A stretch of DNA of 64,000 nucleotides from a virus. Below the pieces are notes generated by a model. It worked only from the letters and a program-made list of their open reading frames with translations. It had not been told where the DNA came from and made no database searches. The translations under genes and the position numbers were made by a program. How positions within the stretch are numbered: position 1 is the first letter of the stretch; each line of letters begins with the position of its first letter. Location of the stretch: IMG/VR virus record IMGVR_UViG_3300025127_000017, positions 1-64,000 of that record; one strand, 5' to 3'. Shown piece after piece: positions 29,553-38,215 of this stretch.

Positions 29553-31214
29553 TCACCTCAATGCTCTTTTTGTTACTCTTACGTTCTTTCTGAATAAATT
29601 AACTAATGAGTTAAAGATAGTCAATAAATTATTAGGAATTGTTCCTGCTTCACTTGCTTTTGGAAATCTTAATTTTCCTCTTGTTGCAGTTAATTCTTCT
29701 CCTTTAGTTGGATTAATTCTAACGATTAAAGTCAATCTCCATTCTTTTTTACCAAAATCAAATCTAAGTTTGTAAAAACTAAGTAGGTCATTGAATGGGT
29801 CGCCATTAATAACGTTTGTAACATAGTGAACTATTTCATCCTTTACATTGTCAGGAAGGTCTGCATCGCTTGTTTTAACTCCCCGTAGTATTTCTCCCCA
29901 ATTAGTTTCTTCTCCGTCTTTTCCTACAAAAGCAGAAGAATATTCAACAATTTTATCTCCGATTCTAATTCCTTCAATGCTAACTATCTCGTCTAATAGT
30001 TCTGACTTAAAATCATCAAGTTTTGTTTTATTCTTATATTTAGTAAATACAATAAAATCATTCAACTTTTTAAATGCTAATACCTTAGCATCAGCACCTT
30101 TTTCAGATTCTGCTTTTGCTTTTAATTTAGCATTACTTATTCCTTGCTTCTGTAATGCTGCAAATGTTTTATGCTTAATATATAAAACAATATTCTGCAT
30201 AGCATCATTTACTTCATTTTTTTCTGCCCATTCAGGATAACTCATAGCGTCTGTATCTTCGCCAAGTAGTTCTTCTTCATCGCCATCAATAGATTTTTTA
30301 TACTTCTGATACAAAGGTGCTAAATAATCTTCTTTAATAGAATCTGCAATTGTATCTAATGCTTCTTGGTATTCTAAAAATACAGAAGGAGCCTTTTTGT
30401 CTTTTATATCTATATCCTTATCCTTTGTAGTTTCTAAACCCTCAAACCAATCTGTGAAGAACTTATCTAGGTTTTTCAGAATTACCTTATCTTGGGAACT
30501 AAAACTAATCTCTTCATCATCTAATTCAATAGTAGTAGTTTTCTTTACTCCCATTTTTCCGTTAGCAACTTGTCTATTTTCTTTGAGTTCGCTTCTAACC
30601 CCAATACCGCTTTCAATGAGTTTCTTTCTTTTATTTAAAGGTCTATCTACAATTGATTCATCTAATTCAACAATATTGCCTTTTTTAGTAATTAACCCTT
30701 TAATGTATTCATCTTCCTCATCACCAAAACCTTCGGCAACTTTATCTAACTTTTTTCTTCTTTCTCCACCATCTGCACCAACCTGTTCATCTTTTTCATA
30801 AACAGGACTAATACTTTGTATGAAATCGTCATCCAATAATTTTTCTAAAGGCTGGTTTTCAATAAATGGTTTTATTTCCGTAGGAATACCGCTATCTTTT
30901 AATATTTTACCACTCTTAGACGCATCAGTTAATAAAAGTTCAAAAGTATCTCTAAGAAACTTTCTGTAACTTTCTTTCTGTTCTTGAGTAAATAGAGCAG
31001 TATTTCTTGAATTACCAATTAAATCTCTCAAATACCTCGCTCGAAAGTATTTCTTTTCTCCATTAATTTTTTCTTTAGTAGACGTTGCACCTTGAGAACG
31101 ATAAAATAGAAAATTGAAAAAGTTATCTAATAAAAACTTTTGGTCAATTTTCTGCCTTCTTCCATCATCTAAGATAATAGAGAAGGATTTGTTCTCATTG
31201 CTCACATTAACCAC
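29553..31214 (-). CDS. Hypothetical protein (553 aa, Lys/Glu/Asp-rich)
   Basis: It is a long ORF in the operon orientation. I recognised no motif. Confidence 0.6.
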   Translation of the reverse strand: MVNVSNENKSFSIILDDGRRQKIDQKFLLDNFFNFLFYRSQGATSTKEKINGEKKYFRARYLRDLIGNSRNTALFTQEQKESYRKFLRDTFELLLTDASKSGKILKDSGIPTEIKPFIENQPLEKLLDDDFIQSISPVYEKDEQVGADGGERRKKLDKVAEGFGDEEDEYIKGLITKKGNIVELDESIVDRPLNKRKKLIESGIGVRSELKENRQVANGKMGVKKTTTIELDDEEISFSSQDKVILKNLDKFFTDWFEGLETTKDKDIDIKDKKAPSVFLEYQEALDTIADSIKEDYLAPLYQKYKKSIDGDEEELLGEDTDAMSYPEWAEKNEVNDAMQNIVLYIKHKTFAALQKQGISNAKLKAKAESEKGADAKVLAFKKLNDFIVFTKYKNKTKLDDFKSELLDEIVSIEGIRIGDKIVEYSSAFVGKDGEETNWGEILRGVKTSDADLPDNVKDEIVHYVTNVINGDPFNDLLSFYKLRFDFGKKEWRLTLIVRINPTKGEELTATRGKLRFPKASEAGTIPNNLLTIFNSLVNLFRKNVRVTKRALR

Positions 31215-31858
31215 TTAGCCCATGCCGCACCCTTCTGAATTGCCGAACCTAAGCCTAATCCAGAAGTTGGTGGTTCATAACTCATTTGTCCTGTTTGTGG
31301 GTCAATCCAATAAGGGCGACCATATCCATCCGTTCCATTTGGAGGAATAGGATAACCTGTACCATTGTTCATAGCATGGTTCATTTGGTTAAATTGCTGC
31401 GTGTTTCCTGTTACGTTTGCTAATGCTGCCGTTGCAGAAATTTGTCCTGCACCTGCTGAGAACCCTTGAGATTCTAGGTACTGCTGTTTTGCAAGTTTTC
31501 GTTGATTAATGATTTCTGTGTTGATTGCAGTATCTAATAGATTCTTTAAATCTAAATCAATATTTTCTTGTGTAATGCGTTCAAACTCTCGCATAGCCTC
31601 TGAGTCAATTTTCATTCTATTTGTTGTAGAGTCTTGAACAAATGCTAACTTTCCTAACATTTGACTCATTACTCTTTCAATAACATCTTCCATTAACTTT
31701 TCAAGAGATGCTAAGAAAAGTTCTCCATGATACTGAAAGAACTCTTCAACGTGATTTTCTTGCAATGATAGTAAGTTATTGACTGTTTTAAAATTTGAAT
31801 CTGATTGTTGTTGAACTGCGTTTAACACTGTTCCATTACTTGTTCCGAACATTCCCAT
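31202..31858 (-). CDS. Hypothetical protein (218 aa)
   Basis: The ORF is in the operon orientation and overlaps the next gene by 13 nt. Confidence 0.55.
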   Translation of the reverse strand: MGMFGTSNGTVLNAVQQQSDSNFKTVNNLLSLQENHVEEFFQYHGELFLASLEKLMEDVIERVMSQMLGKLAFVQDSTTNRMKIDSEAMREFERITQENIDLDLKNLLDTAINTEIINQRKLAKQQYLESQGFSAGAGQISATAALANVTGNTQQFNQMNHAMNNGTGYPIPPNGTDGYGRPYWIDPQTGQMSYEPPTSGLGLGSAIQKGAAWAKWLM

Positions 31859-31860
31859 AT

Positions 31861-32523
31861 TTATTCCTCCTTAATCTTCAATAATACATCAAGTCTTTGA
31901 CTAATCGTTTTTAACTCCGATGTTAAGCGTAATACTTCGCTCTCTTTCGACTCATCCTGTGATACGGTTGGGGGCTTTATAACATATCCGACTGATGAGA
32001 GAGCAACAATATCCTCATTAGTGAGATTATAAATTGGCCCTGCTTTCATCATTTTAGGCATCTTTGCAGTAGGAATAAATCTTTTGAAATCTAGTCCATG
32101 TTCATCTGCAATAATCTCTTGTTGTAGCATTTCAAATTGTTTATGATGAGCAGCATGTTTAGGGCAATAAGTTCCTCTTAATGGCCTTCCACGTTCTACT
32201 CTATCTAATGGAATAGGAGGTCGTAAAAAATCCCCTGCTTCCCAAATATGATGCATTCCGCAAACAACACATCTTTCTTTGAGATTGAATTTATATCCGA
32301 ATTTTACAAAAATAAACTTCTTCTTTTCTGGTAGTAATACCTTTCTTAATTCCTTTAGTTTTTTCTTTGGTTTGAAATTATCAAACTTATATTCTTCGAT
32401 TGGCCCACTTGCTCTTGCCTGTTGTAATTTAGGCAAAAATCTGTTCGGTACATTCTGATTAACAGTATTGCCGACAGGTGCGCCATTTGTTCCTACTTGT
32501 TGTATAATGTTGTTCTGATACAT
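31861..32523 (-). CDS. Hypothetical Cys/His-rich protein (CVVCGMHH...YCPKHAAHH)
   Basis: The ATG at 32523 lies 6 nt after the GTPase stop. The track start at 32532 is a TTG. Confidence 0.55.
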   Translation of the reverse strand: MYQNNIIQQVGTNGAPVGNTVNQNVPNRFLPKLQQARASGPIEEYKFDNFKPKKKLKELRKVLLPEKKKFIFVKFGYKFNLKERCVVCGMHHIWEAGDFLRPPIPLDRVERGRPLRGTYCPKHAAHHKQFEMLQQEIIADEHGLDFKRFIPTAKMPKMMKAGPIYNLTNEDIVALSSVGYVIKPPTVSQDESKESEVLRLTSELKTISQRLDVLLKIKEE

Positions 32524-32528
32524 AATAA

Positions 32529-33191
32529 TCAATAGTCCTTAATCATTGTAAATATTCCTTGATAAACTGCTTCGGGTTCTGATTTTGCTGATACAATATA
32601 TTTATGCGTCGGTATTCCTACATCATTTAGTTTTTGCATACCGTATTTAAAAGGTTCAAAAATTGGATGCTTGTCAATCGGTGCATCGCTTTTGTATTTA
32701 TCTCCCCAAATATCATATTTGTTCGCCCAAATAGAAACTGCCATTGGATAATCTGCTTCTTTCTTTTTTCTTCCACTCGGCCATCTTTCATTTGTGATTG
32801 TATCAACTAAAAACTTCCATGCTACTTGATGGTCTAAATTACCGCCTTTATCTAAATGCCTATGGTCAATCATAAAAATAATGTATTTGACTTTTCTAGA
32901 CTGCATATCTTTAGCCCATTCTTTCCAATATATTGCTTCTCCGCCTATATCCGATGTTCTTAGAGTATTCATTTGTCCGTCCAATTTAATAGATTTTCTA
33001 GTTGCTCGATGACGACCAACGGTTCTTTTCTGTATTGTTGGTACTTCACCTCTTGTTCTTAATTGATGATGTAATGTAGTTTTCCCAACCATTGTTGCAC
33101 CATATACTCCAAAATTAATTGCATGAATCTTCTTATAAAAACCTAATATTGCTTCTCCGACTAAAATAGCAAAGCCTGTCATTAATGACAT
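32529..33191 (-). CDS. Small GTPase of the Arf/Sar/SR-beta-like class with an N-terminal hydrophobic anchor
   Basis: G1 is GATMVGKTT, switch I is VPTIQKRTVG (compare Arf PTIGFNVE) and G3 is SDIGGE. IIFMIDHRH follows, G4 is ANKYD and G5 is SAK. The N-terminus is MSLMTGFAILVGEAILGFY. The ATG at 33191 overlaps the upstream stop as TAATG, after AGTGAT. Confidence 0.75.
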   Translation of the reverse strand: MSLMTGFAILVGEAILGFYKKIHAINFGVYGATMVGKTTLHHQLRTRGEVPTIQKRTVGRHRATRKSIKLDGQMNTLRTSDIGGEAIYWKEWAKDMQSRKVKYIIFMIDHRHLDKGGNLDHQVAWKFLVDTITNERWPSGRKKKEADYPMAVSIWANKYDIWGDKYKSDAPIDKHPIFEPFKYGMQKLNDVGIPTHKYIVSAKSEPEAVYQGIFTMIKDY

Positions 33192-33481
33192 TAAACAATC
33201 ACTAATCCCTTTCCTTCCATCCGTTCCCAAAAAGTAATTGCTTCGCCTATCGGCATATGAACTAAGGGAATATCGTTAGTTTTAAATTCACTTTCTAAAT
33301 AATCAATAAATTCTTTTAAGTATTTTTCACCCAAACCTTTATTTCTATATCCCTTTTCTAAACCAAATTGACTAATTTGCCAATAAGTTCCATATTCTCC
33401 TTCAACTAATTCTGCTTCTCCATCACTTATCCTATCTTTAGAAATCCAAGAATATGTGCTTTTAAGAATATCTTTCCACAC
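33191..33481 (-). CDS. Mini GNAT-like protein (96 aa) with the MWKDILK leader
   Basis: It contains an acetyl-CoA motif A-like YRNKGLGEKYLKEF. It uses a GTG start. Confidence 0.45.
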   Translation of the reverse strand: MWKDILKSTYSWISKDRISDGEAELVEGEYGTYWQISQFGLEKGYRNKGLGEKYLKEFIDYLESEFKTNDIPLVHMPIGEAITFWERMEGKGLVIV

Positions 33482-33482
33482 A

Positions 33483-33701
33483 CTAATGCCCCCAAATTCC
33501 TTTTACTCTATCTATTAACCAACCCATTACATTAATATCAAAAACACCCATGATGTTTCCGATTAAAAATGCTGAAAGCGTAGCGCAAGTAGCCCAAAAC
33601 CACATTCTCATTTTCAAAAAGAGAATGTCTGCTGAATGCGCTCTTTGTGCATTGTAGGCATAATCTGAATCAGAAAAGCCTAACCAATCCGATACTACCA
33701 T
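33483..33701 (-). CDS. Small membrane protein (72 aa)
   Basis: It has a hydrophobic segment MWFWATCATLSAFLIGNIMGVF. Confidence 0.55.
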   Translation of the reverse strand: MVVSDWLGFSDSDYAYNAQRAHSADILFLKMRMWFWATCATLSAFLIGNIMGVFDINVMGWLIDRVKGIWGH

Positions 33702-33709
33702 TTACTCAC

Positions 33710-34108
33710 CTATTGCAACGTAGTCAAGAAATCAGAAGAAACTGAGTTTTCTGTTTCATAAGACTGTGCGATAGGTGCTAATCCTGTATATGGAGAAAGG
33801 TTGTATGATTTAGCAGTATCTTGAAGTTTCTTTCTTTGTTCTTCATCTCTTGCCATTCTAGCCCAATAAGCACTAATCTTACGGTCTAATAACCACAATT
33901 CAATCTTATCATTGAGTGAAATATCAAAGAGGGCTTTCATACACATAATTGTTCCAACGGTAATAAGGCCAAATAGAACTGCGTGGGCTAAAGGAGTATA
34001 TGGGAAAGTAGTTCCATATGTTGCGTAAAAGAAAACATTAGCACCACTAACTGTTCCAACAAAAAGAATAGTCATAACTAGGCGAGTATCTGTACTTAAT
34101 GCTGGCAT
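33710..34108 (-). CDS. Membrane protein (132 aa, two TM segments plus a charged C-terminal tail)
   Basis: TM1 is LVMTILFVGTVSGANVFFYA and TM2 is LAHAVLFGLITVGTIMCM. The tail is charged (RMARDEEQRKK). Confidence 0.6.
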   Translation of the reverse strand: MPALSTDTRLVMTILFVGTVSGANVFFYATYGTTFPYTPLAHAVLFGLITVGTIMCMKALFDISLNDKIELWLLDRKISAYWARMARDEEQRKKLQDTAKSYNLSPYTGLAPIAQSYETENSVSSDFLTTLQ

Positions 34109-34117
34109 TTAATCACC

Positions 34118-34420
34118 TCAAGCAAATTCAACAGAAACTTCTGCTGTTGAAGAACCATTCTCAACAATTTCTAAAAAGATACCGCTTCTGCACAATACTC
34201 CATGCATATCATATTCAAAGTTATAGTGGCCTGTTACAGAATGAGTAATTCTCGCAATTTCTGTACCGCTTGCACTTGTTCCATCAAACACCTTAACAGT
34301 AACTAAAGCGTTGCTTACAACTATTAAGTTTGCATGAATGCTAATCAATAGGGATTGTTCTCTATTAACAATTGCACTTGAGCCTAAAACACCACTTGAA
34401 CGACATACCTGATTTGCCAT
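34118..34420 (-). CDS. Hypothetical protein (100 aa)
   Basis: The ORF is in the operon orientation, downstream of the head genes. Confidence 0.5.
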   Translation of the reverse strand: MANQVCRSSGVLGSSAIVNREQSLLISIHANLIVVSNALVTVKVFDGTSASGTEIARITHSVTGHYNFEYDMHGVLCRSGIFLEIVENGSSTAEVSVEFA

Positions 34421-34471
34421 GTTATCACCTTCAATACGAGCAGGGAGGGTTCCCTACTTAACACTTCGGTT

Positions 34472-34834
34472 TCAATCTTTACTTAAAGCAGACTTTTTAG
34501 CCGTTGTTGAGGTTTTCTTTGGCTTAGGTTTGCTTTTAGGCTTAGGCGTTGTTTTCTTAGGAAGGAGAATATCGCACAAATCTTGAGCAGTACCGCTTTC
34601 TCTTCCAACTTCTTTTAGACCAATTTCTAAAAGTTTTTCTGGAAGATTAAGCAAATCTTCTCTATCAGATTCACCAAATTCAAACATTAAGTTTTCATCT
34701 GATAAAGCCACAATAGCCCTTCTTAAAGAAACAGAAGCAGAATCATTCCGAGTAATCTCAGTCTTCCCTTCTAATCCTTCAATAACATACCTACCGCCTA
34801 ATTGACTACCTTCTGTCAATTTAACAGTAACCAT
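34472..34834 (-). CDS. Hypothetical protein with a basic PK-rich tail (KKTTPKPKSKPKPKK)
   Basis: The ORF is in the operon orientation. Confidence 0.5.
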   Translation of the reverse strand: MVTVKLTEGSQLGGRYVIEGLEGKTEITRNDSASVSLRRAIVALSDENLMFEFGESDREDLLNLPEKLLEIGLKEVGRESGTAQDLCDILLPKKTTPKPKSKPKPKKTSTTAKKSALSKD

Positions 34835-34844
34835 TTAAGTCACC

Positions 34845-35198
34845 TCAAATAAGACCGTATGCTCTAATTCTAACCATTCCTACATCATCTACATCTGATG
34901 CGGCAGCGTTTGTGCCGTCTAAATCAGTTGCTTTAATGGTAAAACTACTTGCAGAAGTGTAAGTTCCATCAGTTTCAAGCATAATATTAGGTAAAAAACC
35001 ACTGTTTCCTACTGCTTTTTCTGTTCCAGTGATTGTAACCGCAGTAATTGTAGATAGTCCTAAATCACTAGCACTAATAATTACACCTGCTGCTACATAT
35101 GGATTAACGTCAATAGTGGCATCAACCACATATTCATCTCCACTAACTCTTGGTCTAGCAATACCCTTATGGTCTGCTAAGATTGTAACTGTTGCCAA
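34845..35198 (-). CDS. Hypothetical beta-rich head-associated protein (117 aa; decoration candidate)
   Basis: It is the second gene downstream of the putative MCP. The call is by position only. Confidence 0.45.
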   Translation of the reverse strand: MATVTILADHKGIARPRVSGDEYVVDATIDVNPYVAAGVIISASDLGLSTITAVTITGTEKAVGNSGFLPNIMLETDGTYTSASSFTIKATDLDGTNAAASDVDDVGMVRIRAYGLI

Positions 35199-35208
35199 TT
35201 AAATCACC

Positions 35209-35529
35209 TCATTGACCAATTGCCATGAATGTTCCAACTTCGTTAGCACCTGTTACAATTGTTACTTGAACATTTGCTACTGCGTTTGAATCAGAACTTC
35301 GTTCATCTGTTCCATCACCCGAAAATAATAGCGGTAATGTTTCGTTAATAACTGGTTGGTTCGCTGAAACAGAAGAACCCTTTGGTTGCAATTGAACATG
35401 GAAAATTTCTTCCGTGTTAGGGAAAACAATGTTTCCGCCAGTATCGCTGCTAGTGTTCGTGTATGTTCCAATAAAAACCTTTAGGTTTCCTAATACAAAT
35501 TCGTTTTCAATTGTTGTTGTAAAAGCCAT
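35209..35529 (-). CDS. Hypothetical beta-rich head-associated protein (106 aa; decoration candidate)
   Basis: It lies immediately downstream of the putative MCP. The call is by position only. Confidence 0.45.
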   Translation of the reverse strand: MAFTTTIENEFVLGNLKVFIGTYTNTSSDTGGNIVFPNTEEIFHVQLQPKGSSVSANQPVINETLPLLFSGDGTDERSSDSNAVANVQVTIVTGANEVGTFMAIGQ

Positions 35530-35560
35530 AATAAATCATCTCCTTTTTCTTTTCCTTTCC

Positions 35561-36895
35561 TCATTGAATGTTAGTAATCTTACCTTGACCCTTAAAGAAA
35601 GAACATCCGACTTCACCAATTGTTCGATACAATGCTCGGTTTCCGAGAGTACCTACACCAAATGGATTTCCATTCGCAATACCATCTTCAAAGTATTGAG
35701 TTGGCTTCATAACAGAAAGCCATAGATGGTCAGTATCGAGGAATAATAGGTCAGATAACTTTGTTGAAGCATTACCCGTTGTAGCCATGTCCTTAACAGG
35801 AATCAATGGAATATCATAGTATGTTGCAACTCTAAATCCAACTTCTTGACCCTTTGTTCCACGAACACCATTTACAGTAGGAACAATCTCCTTTCTGTCC
35901 ATGAATCGCTCTTGGCTTTGCAATAGGTCAGCAAGTGCTTGAATGGTATCATATCCAGTTAGAATAACCTTTGGTGAACCACCCGCAAGTCTTAGGTTTC
36001 TAATCATGTCATTAAGACGAGTTAGAGTCAAAGAACGAACATCTCCAGAAGCATATCCCGAACCAAAATCAACTTCAGCATCTAGGAAAGATGCAGCAGT
36101 AAATCGCTCATTGCCGTAAATTTGTCCTAATGCGTTAGAAGCAGAAGTAGTATCAGTAGCAATAACTCCACCATCAATAGCCAACAATTCTGCTCTTGAA
36201 GTAATAACCTTGTTTAACGAAGTGTAGTTGTTAGTAATGTTAGGCATAGCGGCAGATTCACCGAAATGCTCCAAAGGCATAACTAGCATCTTGTTTTGAA
36301 CTTCTGCGTGGTGTTTACCCATGTCTTCACGCATTTGCGCTCTAATATCGCCAATACCGTCATCAATCTGAGCCATTTCCATAGCCAATTCGCTGAAATC
36401 GAATTGATGAGCAACAACCTTTGGACTCATGTTTAATTGAGCATATGTTGGTGCAATTGGGCCAAGACCATCAGCAGCAGTCGATAAACCTGCATTTTCA
36501 GGTACGCCACCGATTAAATCTGCTCTTGGGTCATCAGAACCTAATTCTCCTAAAGAAGCAGTTCCCGAAGTATCGACAGAAAACAAGTTTCCGCTTCCAC
36601 CCGCAGGTCTTGACTTTAGAACTCTCCAACCGCTAGAAGAGTATGGTCGCTTTGAAATCATTGAAAGAGCATTTACTTCTCTATTCAACATAGACCATAC
36701 TTTTTGTCCGTAAACGACGTTGTATAGGGCTGAAACATCTGAAACGGCTGAACCGCTAAATGCTGGGCCTCCATCATGTCCTGTGTGAATGCCACCAACC
36801 ATTCCTGCTTGCTTAAGCAAAGAATTGCCAGCAAAAGTGCTTGTTCCGTATGTTTGTGCTTCTAAATCTGCAATAGTGTTAATATATCCAACCAT
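35561..36895 (-). CDS. Putative major capsid protein (HK97 fold expected)
   Basis: This 444-aa ORF begins 1 nt after the protease-scaffold gene, which is the canonical order. I could not verify any sequence motif by eye. Confidence 0.6.
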   Translation of the reverse strand: MVGYINTIADLEAQTYGTSTFAGNSLLKQAGMVGGIHTGHDGGPAFSGSAVSDVSALYNVVYGQKVWSMLNREVNALSMISKRPYSSSGWRVLKSRPAGGSGNLFSVDTSGTASLGELGSDDPRADLIGGVPENAGLSTAADGLGPIAPTYAQLNMSPKVVAHQFDFSELAMEMAQIDDGIGDIRAQMREDMGKHHAEVQNKMLVMPLEHFGESAAMPNITNNYTSLNKVITSRAELLAIDGGVIATDTTSASNALGQIYGNERFTAASFLDAEVDFGSGYASGDVRSLTLTRLNDMIRNLRLAGGSPKVILTGYDTIQALADLLQSQERFMDRKEIVPTVNGVRGTKGQEVGFRVATYYDIPLIPVKDMATTGNASTKLSDLLFLDTDHLWLSVMKPTQYFEDGIANGNPFGVGTLGNRALYRTIGEVGCSFFKGQGKITNIQ

Positions 36896-36896
36896 C

Positions 36897-38177
36897 TTAA
36901 TAACCTCCTACCATCTTGTGAATGTCCGACCAATCCATTTCAGCCAAATCATCAATACTTGGGAGTTCTACTTTAGCGTCTTCTTGGGCCTTTAGGATTG
37001 TTTCCTTTTCAGCCGTCAAAGACTTTCTTAATTGTGTAAATTCATCCTTAAGGGATGCAATCTCGCTTTGTGCGTCATATTGTGACTTTGCGAGAGTGTT
37101 TTCTCTTGAAGCCTTTTCTCTTTCAAATCGGTCTTCAAAGGACTTTTGTAAGTTGTCGTAAGCCAACTTCTCAAGTTGTTCTTGACGGTATGCCTCATAA
37201 GCCTTCTCAATGTTACCAACAGATAAATCAAGGGTATCTAATTCACTGTTGTTAAAAGCCTTAACAACGGGCATATCGGAAGAAGTTGGTCTTCCACCGC
37301 TAATGACGATTCTATCAGCAGGTTCACCGATTTGATTACCTGCACCATCTAATGTGCGAACATAGGCTTTTTCTGCTTCTTCTTTGTATTCCATCATTTC
37401 TTCTTCGTCTGTTGGAATATCTTGCATTTCCATCATTTCGTCTTCCTTTTCATCCATCATTTCATGGCTTCCTTTTCCGTACATGCCTTTTTCCTCCATC
37501 ATTTCCATCGTTCTAGGATTCATGGCTTTTTCATCCATCATTTCATCCTCTTTCTTTTCTTCTTCTTCTTTTCTCAACGTATTGACTTCTTCCATCAATG
37601 CGTCTAATTCTTCTAATGCTTTCGCTAATTTTTCTGACATATTTCCTTCTCCTTTATCTTGTTTTAAAATATCAAATCTCGCTTCGGGGTTAATTCCTTT
37701 TTCGCATATTGTTACTTCGTGCAGTTCTAATTTACTAATCTCGTTGTATTCACCCATTTCTGAATGTTTTTTCTTAGATTTCTGTAACGCCTGTCCTCCA
37801 ATGCTAAACGACCTTAATGACCCTTTGCGAATTCCTCTACCAACTTCTTTGGCTTTTTCTATATCATCTCTTAATTTGATTACAACAAAGAATCCAACAT
37901 CATCTACTTCTGTTTTCCACAATCTCCCTGTTTTGTCTCTATATGAATCTACTACTTCTCCGACTTGAACATTTGAATGATTTGTCATTACATTTCTATA
38001 TTCAGGCTTTTCCATGAATTTCTTAACGGCTTCATTTAATGCTTTTAAGGTTATTAAATCATTTTGCTTATCTACAATTTCAATGCTTGCATATCCACCA
38101 ATCATCAGTTCATCGCTTTTGATAATGTTAAACTCATCATGTCTTGTTGCCATGATACTGATGCTCATGTCCTTCAA
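36897..38177 (-). CDS. HK97-family prohead protease fused to a scaffolding domain
   Basis: The N-terminal S78-like domain contains GGYASIEIVDKQND, TNHSNVQVGEV and SFSIGG. A Met/Glu-rich linker and a long coiled-coil C-terminal half follow. Confidence 0.75.
   Translation of the reverse strand: MKDMSISIMATRHDEFNIIKSDELMIGGYASIEIVDKQNDLITLKALNEAVKKFMEKPEYRNVMTNHSNVQVGEVVDSYRDKTGRLWKTEVDDVGFFVVIKLRDDIEKAKEVGRGIRKGSLRSFSIGGQALQKSKKKHSEMGEYNEISKLELHEVTICEKGINPEARFDILKQDKGEGNMSEKLAKALEELDALMEEVNTLRKEEEEKKEDEMMDEKAMNPRTMEMMEEKGMYGKGSHEMMDEKEDEMMEMQDIPTDEEEMMEYKEEAEKAYVRTLDGAGNQIGEPADRIVISGGRPTSSDMPVVKAFNNSELDTLDLSVGNIEKAYEAYRQEQLEKLAYDNLQKSFEDRFEREKASRENTLAKSQYDAQSEIASLKDEFTQLRKSLTAEKETILKAQEDAKVELPSIDDLAEMDWSDIHKMVGGY
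37391..37544 (-). repeat. Five exact copies of CCATCATTTC (plus strand), encoding E-M-M-[DE] repeats in the protease-scaffold linker
   Basis: The copies are at 37391, 37430, 37454, 37496 and 37535. Confidence 0.8.
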
Positions 38178-38215
38178 CCCTTTGTAATTCAGTTCAGTAT
38201 TTAATAGGCTCGGTT

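Noticed and set aside
37384-37968. Long plus-strand ORFs antisense to the structural genes (37384-37968, 29848-30240, 30397-30801, 42644-42973, 43565-43966, 39987-40334, 28560-28901 and 13760-14080), plus the minus-strand ORF 9906-10295 antisense to the primase gene
   Set aside because: Each lies entirely inside a longer ORF on the opposite strand that has recognisable domains or fits the operon. Their Ser/Phe/Leu/Ile-rich, low-complexity translations are typical antisense shadows of Lys/Glu/Asp-rich genes.
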